Under the pieces are notes generated by a model. The model was given only the letters and a program-made list of their open reading frames with translations. It made no database searches and had not been told where the DNA came from. DNA of 64,000 nt from Camelus dromedarius (Eukaryota). The translations under genes were made by a program, and so were the position numbers. Below are positions 1 to 11,685 of the stretch, piece by piece; position 1 is the stretch's first letter; the number at the start of each line of letters is the position of its first letter. The stretch covers positions 114,516,001-114,580,000 of the forward strand of contig NC_087437.1 of NCBI RefSeq assembly GCF_036321535.1. The letters run 5' to 3'.

Positions 1-1334
1 GGGAGCATTGTTTTGAAATTTACTCATAGCCTAATGTTAAAACTACATGGAAGAAAATAAAATTAAGTAAGAAAATATCCCCTCAAGGAAAGGTTACAAC
101 AGAATGACAGAGACAGAGAAGTGCCCCCTGCAAGGCGGGAGGGAAGAGCCCCCGAGCGAGCAGACGGCACTGTTGTACGTGGGACACTGCAGTGTTGCCT
201 GTGGTACCATGACACTGGGGTCTGCGGCACCTGGCAGGGATGGAGCAAAGGACATCAGGCCTGCTTCTTCCCTCCTAATCTTCCTGCTCCCTTTAATTCA
301 CACATGACTTCCTGGATCTGTAAAGCAAAGCTCTTTTCCAAGTAAACCAACATGGCGACATCCGTAACAAAGCTCCACATTCAAATGTCAGCCAACAAAT
401 GAAAATAGGTTTGTTATTCTTTCTCCTCAGGACAAACTCTACTGCCCAGCACTAATCTATCACCCAAAATGTAGCTGCTGTTGACCAGCTGAGGAGCTAA
501 AATAAATTCCCCATTTCTGTCCCCCACTGGCCCCTCTAAGAGGGTGTCCAGGTGCTTCAGTGAAAGCCATGTTCACAAAAGTACAGCTCTGCTTTTCTAA
601 AAGGTTATTATCAGTCTCCACCTTCAGGCAGAGGCACTTAAAGTGCCCCCGTCTGAGGACGGCCTCCTCTATTTTTAGCTTGAAAGATTCGAGGAATGCC
701 TCAAATTATCCCTAACTTCTTGCTGTCTGTTCCCTCAGGCCAACTCAGCAGCTGGAGGTTTACCACCCACAAACTCCGGAAGCAGATACCAGCAAGGTGG
801 ATGTGTTAGGAGTCTCAGACAAGCCCAAGGCCTCGTAAAGAGAAACCAAAACACAGGAAGAAGGAGAAAAATGGCAATGGGGGCGGGGCGGTGGGTCAGA
901 GAGGGGAGCAAGCAGTCCTGCTGGTAAAAGGCCTCGCAGGCTGCCCCGCTGCGTGGGCGGACACGGGCTGCTGGCCCTCGCAATCGTGCGCAAGGACAGG
1001 CCAAGGGAGGTGGTGTGTGGCCTGACTGGGGTTTACCCTGAGGGCCAGCTTGTCAACCCACACGTTTCTTGCAAAGAGTCTGAATGCATACATACACCAA
1101 GCACTGCCTGCAAACTGAAAGTCTTACACCGCTGTTTTCAAATAAGCCTGGATCGGTTGTGGATGATGAAACGCTTCTCATCTTGAGTAGTTCCTTTCTG
1201 ACACTGACCACTTTTTCTAATCCCAGATGACTGAAGTACAACGATTACCACGTGGGTCTGCGAAGTTTTTCGTGTTAAGGCAGGGCTTTACTTTGGAAAG
1301 GTGTAAATCACCATCAAGTAGAAATTAACATGTT

Positions 1335-2065
1335 TAGGTTGTAGAAAAGGGAACCTTCCTACACTGTTGCTGGGAATGCAGTTTGGTGCAGGCATTATTG
1401 AAAACAGTAAGGAGATTCCTCAAGAAACTAAAAATAGACTTACCCTATGATCCAGCAATCCCACTCCTAGGCATATATCTGGAGAAAACTCTATTCCAAA
1501 ACCTAATGTTCATAGCGGCACTATACAATAGCCAAGACATGGAAACAACCTAAATGTCCATTGACAGATGACTGGATAAAGAAGCTGCGCTATAATTATA
1601 CAATGGAATACTACTCAGCCATAAGAAAGCTAAAATAACACCTTTGCAGCAACATGGATGGACCCGGAGATTGTCACACTAAGTGAAGTAAGCCAGACAG
1701 AGAAAGAAAAATACCATATCACTTATATGTGAAATCTAAAAAAAAAAAAAAAGACATAAATGAACATATTTACAAAACAGAGACAGATTTACAAACATAG
1801 AAAACAAACTCATGGTTACCATGGGGGAGAGGAGGTGGGGAGGGATAAATTAGAAGTTCAGGATTTGCAGATACTAACCAATATATATAAAATAGATAAA
1901 CAGCAACATTCCACTCTATAGCACAGGGAACTATATACAAGGCCAACTTGTAATGGCCTATAATGAAAAAGAATATGAAAAGGAATATATATATGTATAA
2001 ATGAATCACTACGCTGTGCACCAGAAAATAACACATTATAAATCGACTAGACTTCATTTTTAAAA
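1335..2065 (+). mobile_element. L1 3' end (ORF2 end and 3'UTR), cetartiodactyl type
   Basis: Typical L1 motifs: tatgatccagcaatcccactcct, caatggaatactactcagccat, tatagcacagggaactata. Confidence 0.85.
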
Positions 2066-2139
2066 ATTTGAAATATGTGCATATTTAGGTCCTAAATGCC
2101 CACCAATAGGGGACAGAAAAAAATAAACGATGTTGCAGC

Positions 2140-2325
2140 ACAAGGTCAGCACACTATGGCCAGTGACCTGTCTTGGTGAATCAAGTCTTACTGGAACACA
2201 GCCAAACACGCCTGCATATTGTCTACGGCTGCTGTACCATGCAGCTGGGACCAAGACTGTATAGCACGGAAAGCTTAAAATATTTACTATTTGTCCCTTT
2301 ATAGAAAAAGTTGGTGGACTCCTGG
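2140..2325. mobile_element. MER58-like hAT-Charlie DNA transposon remnant
   Basis: tactggaacacagcca...aaaatatttactatttgtccctttatagaaaaagtt resembles the MER58 consensus. Confidence 0.6.
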
Positions 2326-2799
2326 TATAGCATATCATGAAATACACTGCGGCTACTTAAAAATAAAGTCAACACCAACTACATATATGAACAGGGAAAG
2401 ATGTTCAAGCTATAATAATGAAGATGTTTTATTTCTAACTCTGACTCCTGAGGTGAGCGGGCCCGTTCACTTGTTTTTGCTGCCCCAGGAGAGGAATTAA
2501 TTCGCGTTCTGGGGAAGGATGGAAACCTGGCAGGGAAAGCAGGAGGGCTCTGGGCAACAGACCCGTGGGGCTGGGGCAGCCTAGCACAGTGAGGGGCCGT
2601 TGCTCCCCAACCTGAGCGCCCTGGTTTCTCTGCAAGGCTCTCCCCAGCCCCGCAGGCCGGCCAGGGGTCCCCCAGGCCAAAGACTGTCAAGGGCTGAGGA
2701 GGCAATACCCACCCCATTCCCACCCTGGTTCTGAAAAGGATAAAATATATATATATACTCTATAGTAAGTAAGGATCCAGGTCCAAATATGCCCGTGGC

Positions 2800-3500
2800 C
2801 TTGGGTCGGTCTCCCTACTCGGAGCCCCAGAATCAAGCAGGCGTCAGCAGACGCACAGCTGTGCCGGTGGGGCCGGGCCCCCCAGGGGAGAGGCCCACCC
2901 AGGAGAGACCCCAGGAGCCGAAATGGAAGCGCTGAGCAGGGGGCCAGTCCTTCTCCCCGAATTAGCAGTTGGGTAAGCCCTGCCTCAGGGACGCCACAGG
3001 CCAGGAGCTCGCTGAGGGGAACCGTGTCCTCCTGGAAACCCCGAGTGTCCCCGAATCCCCGAAGGCTCCTCCGACACCCACCTCAGCGCGTCCACACCGG
3101 GCAGGCACGCGGGCCCAGGAGCTGTGTCCACAGAGCAGGAACGAGGCCCTCGCTTCCGGGGTAGAAGCCTCGTCCGCCGGACCAGCCGACCGCGCCTGCG
3201 CGCTCCCGCCATCCTCGGGGAGGGGCCGCGCGCGGACCAGGCGCCTGCCCGGGTCGCGGGAGGAGGGACGGGCCAGCGACGTTTCTAATCGAGACTCTTA
3301 CGTCGTCGCACCGCAGGGAGAACGAGGCCAACCCGTCTGCAGTCCCCTCAGGGAAACCTGCAGCCAAGCGGCCGACACCCAGCAATGCTGGGGTGCGAGA
3401 AAGCGGGGAGCTGCCTTCTGCACGCGGGCGGACGCCAGCTGAGGTTGGAGGAACAGGTGTATGCTCGCGTCAGGACGGCAGGGGAAATTCTGGCCACAAA
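2800..3500. promoter_or_regulatory. CpG-rich island downstream of SETD4
   Basis: High GC and CpG density with no recognisable coding sequence. Confidence 0.5.
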
Positions 3501-3687
3501 CACACCACAGCTGTGAACCGTGTCCCTCCGAGTCAGGTGGAGGGGCATTTTCACTCCACCACGTCCTAAGTTTGTGATCTCGGGCCATTTCTTCACCTCT
3601 TTATTTGTAAAACAGGGCAGTTGTGAGGCTTCCATGAAACACTGCACATCAAGGCTGGAGCAGAGTGCTGTACTCAGTTAATATTAA

Positions 3688-4323
3688 CGTATGGAACCAA
3701 ATTTTGGTCTGCTCACTTACACGCAGTGAAGCCAAGCTGCTGACACCGGGTTGTGGTGAAAGAAGGTGCAGTGTTTACTGCAGGCACCAGACAAGGAGTC
3801 TGGGTAGCTAGTGCTCAGCCCCAGCTCCCTGATGGGTTTCAGGGAATGGTTTTTAAAGACAGAGTGAGGGATGGGGGTTGTGGGCTCCATGATGAGCTGA
3901 TGAACATTATTCTGACTGGTTGGTGGTGAGATAATCAGGAGTCAACATCATCAGCCTTCTGGTTCCAACCAGTCTGGGGTCTACCTGCTTGTAGGCAGCA
4001 TACAGTTAACTTCCACCTGGTGGGGGTTTCAGTAGCTGCAAAACAGCTCAAAGGACATGGCTCAGAATATTATCTAGAGCCCTTGAGGAGGAAGGAAAAT
4101 CTTTGACTTTGTTTATTGGCTAAACTATCATTTTGTGTTGCTTGGCTGTTTTCCTTTTTGTTCCTGCATTTTCTCACTTCTCTGGTTAAATTTACTCTTT
4201 GGAACTTGGGGAAGGCCTAGGAAGCTAAAGTTTTTCTACAGACAAGAGGCAAGCAAAAGACATAGTGACAGGGGGTGGGGTTGTTTGTTCTGGGAAGACC
4301 CCACAGGGTCCTGCTCGGTGTCA
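3688..4323 (-). mobile_element. ERV1-type solo LTR, same family as 28667-29252
   Basis: Colinear similarity with 28667-29252 (ccgggttgtggtgaaagaa...cccacagggtcctgctc). Confidence 0.75.
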
Positions 4324-5530
4324 CCAATATTTAATAAATGTTACTATCACATGTTTTGACAATGTCCAGCTTCTATATTAAGCACGTATTTGTTTCTGTG
4401 ATGTATGGTAACACATGCTCTGACCCTTCACAGTTAATTGGCAGGCATGAGAACACTGTGAAAAGTATAAATCCAGAGCCAAGATCTAAAAAGTACTAAT
4501 TAGAGCACATTTTATATAAAAACCATACTCAGAGTCAAGTTGACAGACTGAAGTACATTTATTATTAGGAAAAAAAGGCAAAGACTCTTAACTCAAAATG
4601 ACCAACTGAGCAAAACATTATCTCCTATTCCTCCTAATACCCGCATTTAAATAACAGAAAAGCAGCAGAATAAGAGCTATCCACCCCTCCAGCCCCCCAA
4701 CAAAAAGATGGTAAAGGGGCATCGGCTGACAAGAGATTTAAACACATTCTGGAAAACTGTCAATGCGGGAGGACTGGAGAGGCTCCACATGTCTCCTGTT
4801 TAACGACATCAGCCTAATTTTCCGTGCACAGAAATCTGTCAGCCAGCACTGGACGGTCCCTCTCATGATCTAAGCCCTGGTCCTGACAGCAGTGAGGCAG
4901 AAAACAGGAGGGGCAGCACCACTGGGGCCTCTGCCTGATGCAGGTGCTGGCTCCTCAGCCCTTCTGCTGGGTCAGAGCACGAGGGACCCCCTTTCCAGCC
5001 CCACAATCTCATTTTCAGATGGAAAATCAAGGATGAAAACTTCAAAGTGAGCCGCTTTAGCTCAGAGCAGCTGGGGGTGGAGCCCGGCTGGGACCCAGGA
5101 CTTCGGTGCGCCCCTCCCATTCCCCTTTCCAAAGCCACCCACCGCCACAGGCCCCAACCCCTAAACCTGCAGCATCAGAGCATAAAACAGCACGACTTCT
5201 TGCCCTTTTACAGCTGCTGAGTCAGATGAGAAGCAGGACACCCAACAGAAGACCACACACAGAGCCCCGGGCCAACTCCTGGCCCCTCACAGCCTCCTCT
5301 CCTGTTACAGTTGATACTTTCCTCAGACTGCTTCCTCCAGGGCTGTTTACTCTGAGAGCACCTGAAATGCCGTCAGGACAGCACACCCATCCTCACCTGC
5401 AGGTACTCTCCAACGTCCCGAGCAGCCAGCACGCCACCCCGCAAACAAAGAAAAAGCAGAATAGGATTAAGTATATAATTGTTTAATAAAAACTCTTCAT
5501 TGACTGTAAATAATTCTATATAAAATAAAC

Positions 5531-5536
5531 TTTATT
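5531..5536 (-). terminator. Candidate SETD4 poly(A) signal AATAAA (another candidate at 4558-4563)
   Basis: tttatt on the + strand about 60 nt past the stop codon. Usage not shown. Confidence 0.45.
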
Positions 5537-5596
5537 TTAAAAATGTTTAAGAAGTCACACCCAGCACAGGAGGTGATCAGATGCAACTGGGTGAGG

Positions 5597-5731
5597 TTAC
5601 GTAAAAGCTGTTTGCAAACTGGTTAGGATCTCAGCAGAGGCCTGGAGAATCTTCAGCTCTTCTGTCCACAGCGTTTCTACCAAAGTTAATTGGTTTATCA
5701 AAGCCGATTCTTCATCTTTCATATGAGAAAC
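5597..5731 (-). CDS. SETD4: SETD4 last coding exon (VSHMKDEESALINQLTLVETLWTEELKILQASAEILTSLQTAFT*)
   Basis: 135 nt ending in TAA at 5599-5597. All ten exons sum to 1323 nt = 440 aa + stop with consistent phases. Confidence 0.95.
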   Translation of the reverse strand, partial: VSHMKDEESALINQLTLVETLWTEELKILQASAEILTSLQTAFT

Positions 5732-5740
5732 CTGGAAGTT

Positions 5741-6085
5741 ATTATTTTTATTTTTTTAGTGTAGTAAAATATACATAAACATGAAATTTAACATTCTGAC
5801 CATTTTTAAATGGACAACTCAGTGGCACTAAGGACATTCACAACGTTATATAACCATCACCAGTATCCCATCCCCAGAACTTTTTCACCATCCCAAACAG
5901 AAACTCTGTACCCACTGAACATAGCTCCCTACTTCCCCTTCCCCAAGCCCCTGGTAACCTCTCTTCTACTTTCAGCCCCTATAAATCTGCCTATTCCAGG
6001 TATCTCATATAAGCAGAATCATACAAAATTTGTCTTTTAGTGCTCTGGTTTATTTCACTTAGTACAATATCTGCAAAGTTCATTA
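5741..6085 (-). mobile_element. Old L1 (L1MB-like) 3' end abutting the last coding acceptor of SETD4
   Basis: Reverse-complement L1M 3' motifs (catcccaaacagaaactctgtaccc). The T-rich tail is on the + strand at about 5741-5760. Confidence 0.7.
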
Positions 6086-6263
6086 AAATTAGTTTTTAAT
6101 CCCAGTAATGTTTTCATTCAAATAAGCTGATTCTTCATTTAATTAACAAATCACTAAATGAAAAGGAAAGAGTGCCTTAAAAATTTACTACCAAGAATTC
6201 ATGCAATAACTTTACCTATTAAAAGGTATAGATACATGTTAACAGTCAAAAATCACAGAGATT

Positions 6264-6388
6264 CAAATATATGTATGTATATGCATGACTGGGACATTGT
6301 GCTGTACACCAGAAACCGACACGTTGTAACTGACGGTACTTCAATTAAAAAATTTTTTTTCATTTTTAAAAAATTAAAATGAAAAAAA
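6264..6388 (+). mobile_element. Short 5'-truncated L1 3' end
   Basis: gctgtacaccagaaac...tacttcaatt plus A-rich tail. TSD CACAGAGATT at 6254-6263 and 6389-6398. Confidence 0.75.
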
Positions 6389-6529
6389 CACAGAGATTAT
6401 GTCAACATCCATTTATTAAGGCATTAACAGCACCCTAATAAGGTGGACTATCCTTATCCAACAAGCACAAAAGAACTTCTTAATCAAAACACCTCTTTAA
6501 GAAGAGAATGCAATATTCCAGAAGCATAC

Positions 6530-6653
6530 CTTTTGGAGCACAGCATTAGTCTCCTCTATGAAATAATGACATATTTTCTGGGCTATGTCCAAACTTGTCT
6601 TCTCATTTGTATCTGAAATTATTTCCCCAAGAAGTACTTTTTTCCAGCATGTA
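6530..6653 (-). CDS. SETD4: SETD4 coding exon 9 (TCWKKVLLGEIISDTNEKTSLDIAQKICHYFIEETNAVLQK)
   Basis: 124 nt, AG/GT flanks. Confidence 0.95.
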
Positions 6654-7469
6654 CTAGAATCAAAATATTCAGTAAGATCATTTCAGCAGGTTCTCAAAAA
6701 ATAAAGAAGGCATTTCCACTTCAACACAATGCACATTCTCGTCTCCTATTTTTTTCAGAAACATAGTAACTCATTCCATCAGCACATTTCCTCAAAGCTC
6801 CCACCACATGTGGTTCTTGTGTTGAAGCAGACAAGGTATTTAAGAAAGAAGAGGGAACCCTGAGGATAAGAAGAGAAGGGCCTGGTGCTCCTGGCAGGGA
6901 CTGAGTGACAGCATCACAATCCTGTGTCTGGCACGTAAGTCAGCAGAGTCACATGCCCTGGTCACGGGACTAGAACAGGGGACAGACAAGGGGGTGAGTC
7001 CACAGCCAAAGGACTAAAGACCAAAGAGCAAAGGCAGCAGTTTTCCTTTTCTGCAAGCGAGTCTTTCCCAAAAAATGGCAAACTGAACAGGACATGTTCC
7101 ACAAAGTAAAATGCTCTGCACATGGAAGGAGGGATCTACAGTGAAGCCTTTCTCTCCATGCAGGTCATTCCAATTTTATACTAAAAAAGTCTGTAGGAAA
7201 TGGGGTTCAGTGGGCTGGGGGGGCCAATTCTCTGCAGGCAGAAGAGGGCAGGCATCTGGGGGTAGGCAAGAGGGAGCCACAGCGCGATGCCGAGTCAGAA
7301 GGCAGCCAAGCCAAATCTACAGTCTAGGGAGAAGCACCAACCAGGGAGGCGGGCAGGGAGGAGGCACAGAGTCTGGATGCAGAGAATCTGGACACGGAAG
7401 TGGTTGAGGAGGGAAAGGCCAGGGGTTGGCCACACCATCCGAGTAGAGGTCACAGGGAAATTCAGAACA

Positions 7470-7590
7470 GTCTACGGCCAAACCACCCTGAATTTACCCA
7501 GTCTCATCTGATCTCGGAAGCAAAGCAGGGTATGGCCTGGTGAGTACTCAGATGGGAGACCACCTGGGAATACCAGGTGCTGTAGGCTTT
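7470..7590 (+). pseudogene. Full-length 5S rRNA retropseudogene in a SETD4 intron
   Basis: GTCTACGGCCA...GCTGTAGGCTTT, 121 nt, with many substitutions versus 5S rRNA. A-rich tail 7591-7616. TSD GAAATTCAGAACA at 7457-7469 and 7617-7629. Confidence 0.93.
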
Positions 7591-9168
7591 AAACAAAAAA
7601 AAAGAAAGAAAGAAAAGAAATTCAGAACATCAGACAAGCCACACAGGAAGTCAAGTCTTAGAAGTCTTTAGTTTTAGAGACGATGGTGGCAACCCCAGAA
7701 CAGAGGGGTTCTCAGGAAAAGAAGTAAGGAAAGACATTAGTCTGTGCCGGGCACAGTGTTCTACGTGCAACCACTACCTGTTTTAATCTTCACAACTGCC
7801 TAACAAAGAAAGCACTGTTATACCCACGGTAGACACAAAGAAACTGAGAATCCACAACAGTGAAGAACTCACCCTAAGTGACAAAGCTAATGAGAGGGAG
7901 AAACAGCATCACACACCCATCAGGCAGAATCCCAAACACATGCTTTCCCTGCCACACCACTCCAGACAGTCAGGAACAACTCAATGGGAAGAAAAGAGGC
8001 CTCGGGGGGACCTCTGGCAAACATCCAGTAGTTTTAATTTGAGGTTGACGTGTCTGAAAAGGATTCATACCTTTTCCCAAGAAGGATTTAAAGAAGCTGA
8101 CGTGGCTACACATGAGATAAAATAAAATGTAAGATGAACAGAGAGAGAAAAGAAGACAAAGGGAAGATGAGAGCAGGAAAGATGAGGTACAGCGAGCAAA
8201 GAGTCAGTGACAAACTGCATGCCTTAAAATGCTGCACACTTGGATGGACCACAGATCTGCCTCTGAGTTTTCTAGCGAGCAATAATCTGATCTGAAACGT
8301 ATCAGATACAGAAACCACAGTGTCTGTTACACAAAAACACACCGCCTGCTGAGAAGAGACACAACTATTTTTCGTGCTGAGACCGGGCAGTAGTTTTTCT
8401 CCCTGAGTCCCTGCAAAAAAGGAAGCAAGCAATGTCATCAACAGTGACGTCACAGGCAGGACTGAATGGGCACCAACTACTTCTAGGCATTATCACATCT
8501 AATCTCCCCAACAGCTGGAGGATGGGGCTCGACCACCTTCAGGAAGTCCTCCCTGAGCTTTCACTAAGTCGTAGGCATTATTCCCCCGACTCCCTGACCA
8601 GAACCCAGGCTGCAGGAGCTCTAGGGCTGGGCAGTGCTCAGCTCTATGTGCTGATGGTCCTTCCCACGCTGAGGGGAGGACCGACAGCCTCTCGGGAATG
8701 CTAAGGAGCCTGACCAGGATGCACATCTCCACCAGGGGCTCTTCCACCTGCCAGCCCCATGGAAACTTCCAGGCCTCTCCCTGAGCAGGGGTCAGGGTGG
8801 TGCCTGTGGTCAGGAGCTCTGTTTGTTCCCGGGAAAAACCCACCTACTCAAGAGACTCTCCTCTGCACACGGCCAATGCCCATACTTTCCAAAGTGTTTA
8901 CCCTGAATGACGAGCTGCAGGTCACCAGGGGGAAATATCTGAGTACAGACCAGTTCTCAGGACCATGTACTCTGATTATGACTAAAATCAGAGTTCCAAA
9001 AACAGTGGAAACAGAAGAGACACACAAGATGGGCAAGCTACATCAAGAATAAGCAACCCCAGTATTCAATGGCATTCCTTTCTTCTCTGAAGTTGGGCAT
9101 TTGAATGTAAGCCAAAAAAAGCCAAAGTTATGTCCAAATAGTTCATGACCAACACACACGGAACTTAC

Positions 9169-9249
9169 AATTCTTCAGCTTCCAGACATAACAGCTTAAG
9201 AGCTGTGAGTAATCGCCAAGACGGTCCATCCCAGCCAAACGTCAAATTT
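9169..9249 (-). CDS. SETD4: SETD4 coding exon 8 (NLTFGWDGPSWRLLTALKLLCLEAEEF)
   Basis: 81 nt, TTTAG acceptor, GTAAGT donor. Confidence 0.95.
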
Positions 9250-10001
9250 CTAAAGTAGGAAAACGAATCTGTCACTTGGTACATCTTTAGACCATGGCAA
9301 ATGGCTAAAAAGCCAAACACTTTTTAAAAAGGCCACTAAACGTTACCACCATCTTAGTCACAAAGACAAGAGAGAAAAATAAGTCTGCAAATACTCAAGA
9401 ATAAAGCCTGAGTAACAAAAGGTTCTTTGTGTTAAGAAAAAAAGGAAAACACTATTTTTATTGGGTAAGAAGCTGAACTTGGATAAGGGGACCAGGCTGA
9501 GATGAATGATGAAGAATCTAGATTATCCTGAGGCTCAAACGGTGGCCACCATGCTAGCTGGCTCTCACACCCCTGCTGTGTTGTTTAGATAATTTTATCT
9601 CTAGAAGAAAATTTGAAAGGAAGGGTCTCAAATCCCATTTATTGCATTTGGCGCAGAATCGCCCAGGCACCCCCACCCCAAGAGCCCGTTGCTGGGTGAC
9701 CGACAGCCAACCTGAGCTGCAGTAGCCCAACGCCACACACACCCATCAATCCAGACGGGGCTCTGCTGGAACCATAATTTAATATTTCAAGCGTATATCT
9801 TATGTCCCCAAAAAAGTGTCCTGACAGGCATCTCACACTCCTCGTGTGCCCCATAACAACCATCACAATGGACTGCACATAAGTCCTCAATAAACAGCTA
9901 CCTGTCACCTGATATGGGTCAGGAGGTAGCTCACATCTATGTAAGGAAACCCTAACCCTCCATTTTTTTCATCAAAATTCCTTAGAGTGAGAAGCACTTA
10001 C

Positions 10002-10083
10002 TCTATAAAGTCATGATCCTTTAAAATGGAAATCTTTTTGTTCATCTGCTTATCTGTCGATGGAAGATATTTAACAAGGGTAT
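10002..10083 (-). CDS. SETD4: SETD4 coding exon 7 (DTLVKYLPSTDKQMNKKISILKDHDFIE)
   Basis: 82 nt, TAG acceptor, GTAAGT donor. Confidence 0.95.
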
Positions 10084-11510
10084 CTACATAAAAAAAGAAA
10101 AAATCAGCCTGAGATTTGGGGTATAATTCAGACCGTTCCTTCTCAGCTCACCTTCTTGCCGGTCAGCAATCAAGGCACGTGTAAACAATTTTACCTAATT
10201 CACACCCAAAAAAAAGAAATCTATTCTTCAAGTCCAACTCAATGAGAGCATCATTCAGCCCTTGAAAAGCTACAATTCCAAGGCAGGGGACAAGACACCC
10301 ACTGCCTCAGCTCCCACTCCCACTAAGCAAACCAACCGGCAGAATCAGGGAGTGAAGACACCAGCAGGACGGCTGGGAAGTCACGGCCACTGTGCAAAGT
10401 ACAGGCCCTGTGCAAACAGATGTTTCCAAGATCAAGTTTTTAAAAGTCAGAATTCAAAACTCTCTGAGTATTAGTAATTGTAATCATAAGCAACTGAAAA
10501 TGGATATGTAAAAATTAACAAAGTTCTTTGGGATAGTAGGGTAAGGAGGGATTTCCTGTTTTAAATTTCTTCTTGTATTTATTTTTTAAATGCAAAAAAT
10601 AACTAAAGTGTAAGTTTTGTTCAAATTATTTAATAAATCAGCATTTCACGGTCAATACGAAAGTTATTTCAATAACACGAGGCTAATCTCAAAGCTCTCT
10701 TTCTAAGGGGCCAGCAAGACCCAGTTTTCACTTTTCTATTTCATTTTGAGAAACAACATTATTTCTCTGCCTATAGGATAGAGCAGTAACTCCTTGACCA
10801 AGTTTCTATTTCCACTAGAACTCATATTAAAACTATTATACAGTCAGTAAATCTCTAACCATTTCTTCAATGCCTAGAAAACTGTTTCTCTGCTGCTTCA
10901 AAAGAAAGGGGGAAGAAACCAGCCCTCTGGGTACTACTTTTAATACTGTATTTGGAGTTTTCATAGCATAAACTTGATAGGCAAGTCATTACTTTAGAAA
11001 GAGTAATACGAATGATGACGGTGGGTAACAAAAGACCCGGAATTGAACCCACGCTTTATCACAGCATTAACCAAACAAGAACTGGCTACCACCACACTTC
11101 TCCTGTGATCCGTGCGGTGCCTTACGCACAGTGGGTGCATAAGAAATATGTTTTATTTGCTGCTCTCTAATCCTATTCTGTCTGTAGTGACAGTGTCTCG
11201 GTACAAAAACTTCCGTTTCTTTCCGTCTGTTAATACTCTAATTCCCCTAGCAGTCCTCCTCATCTTCCATTCTATGGTCTGCCCTGATGCATAATAATTT
11301 TCTCAGTTCTTATCCTCAATATCGAGCAAAGCTTTGTTGTTTTCACTTCCACACTGAAATTACATGGTCAATAAAAATTAGCTTCGCCTTACCTAGGAGA
11401 AAATACGATATGCATTTTAAGAGTTTGCCATTTTTATAAAAACTTAACCACAGATGGGGAAGAAAAACTGTATCATCTTAGTGATAAAATGATACAAAGT
11501 TAATTCTAAC

Positions 11511-11685
11511 CTTCTGAGACATAAACACAAGCATGAGGGTTACGGACAGGAACAAATCCATACTCCAGGAGCAGACGGTGGTTATCGTGAGGACCATAGC
11601 AGATGAAGACCTCTTCGTGTTTTCTACAGCTTGTAGCCGTTCTAATTTCATAACAGCGAGTTTCCTCATTAAATGCTGCTTTTAC
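11511..11685 (-). CDS. SETD4: SETD4 coding exon 6 (VKAAFNEE...EEVFICYGPHDNHRLLLEYGFV...)
   Basis: 175 nt, SET C-terminal EVFICYG motif, AG/GT flanks. Confidence 0.96.

Noticed and set aside
7470..7590. Functional 5S rRNA gene
   Set aside because: Solitary, substituted, tailed and TSD-flanked, so it is a retropseudogene.
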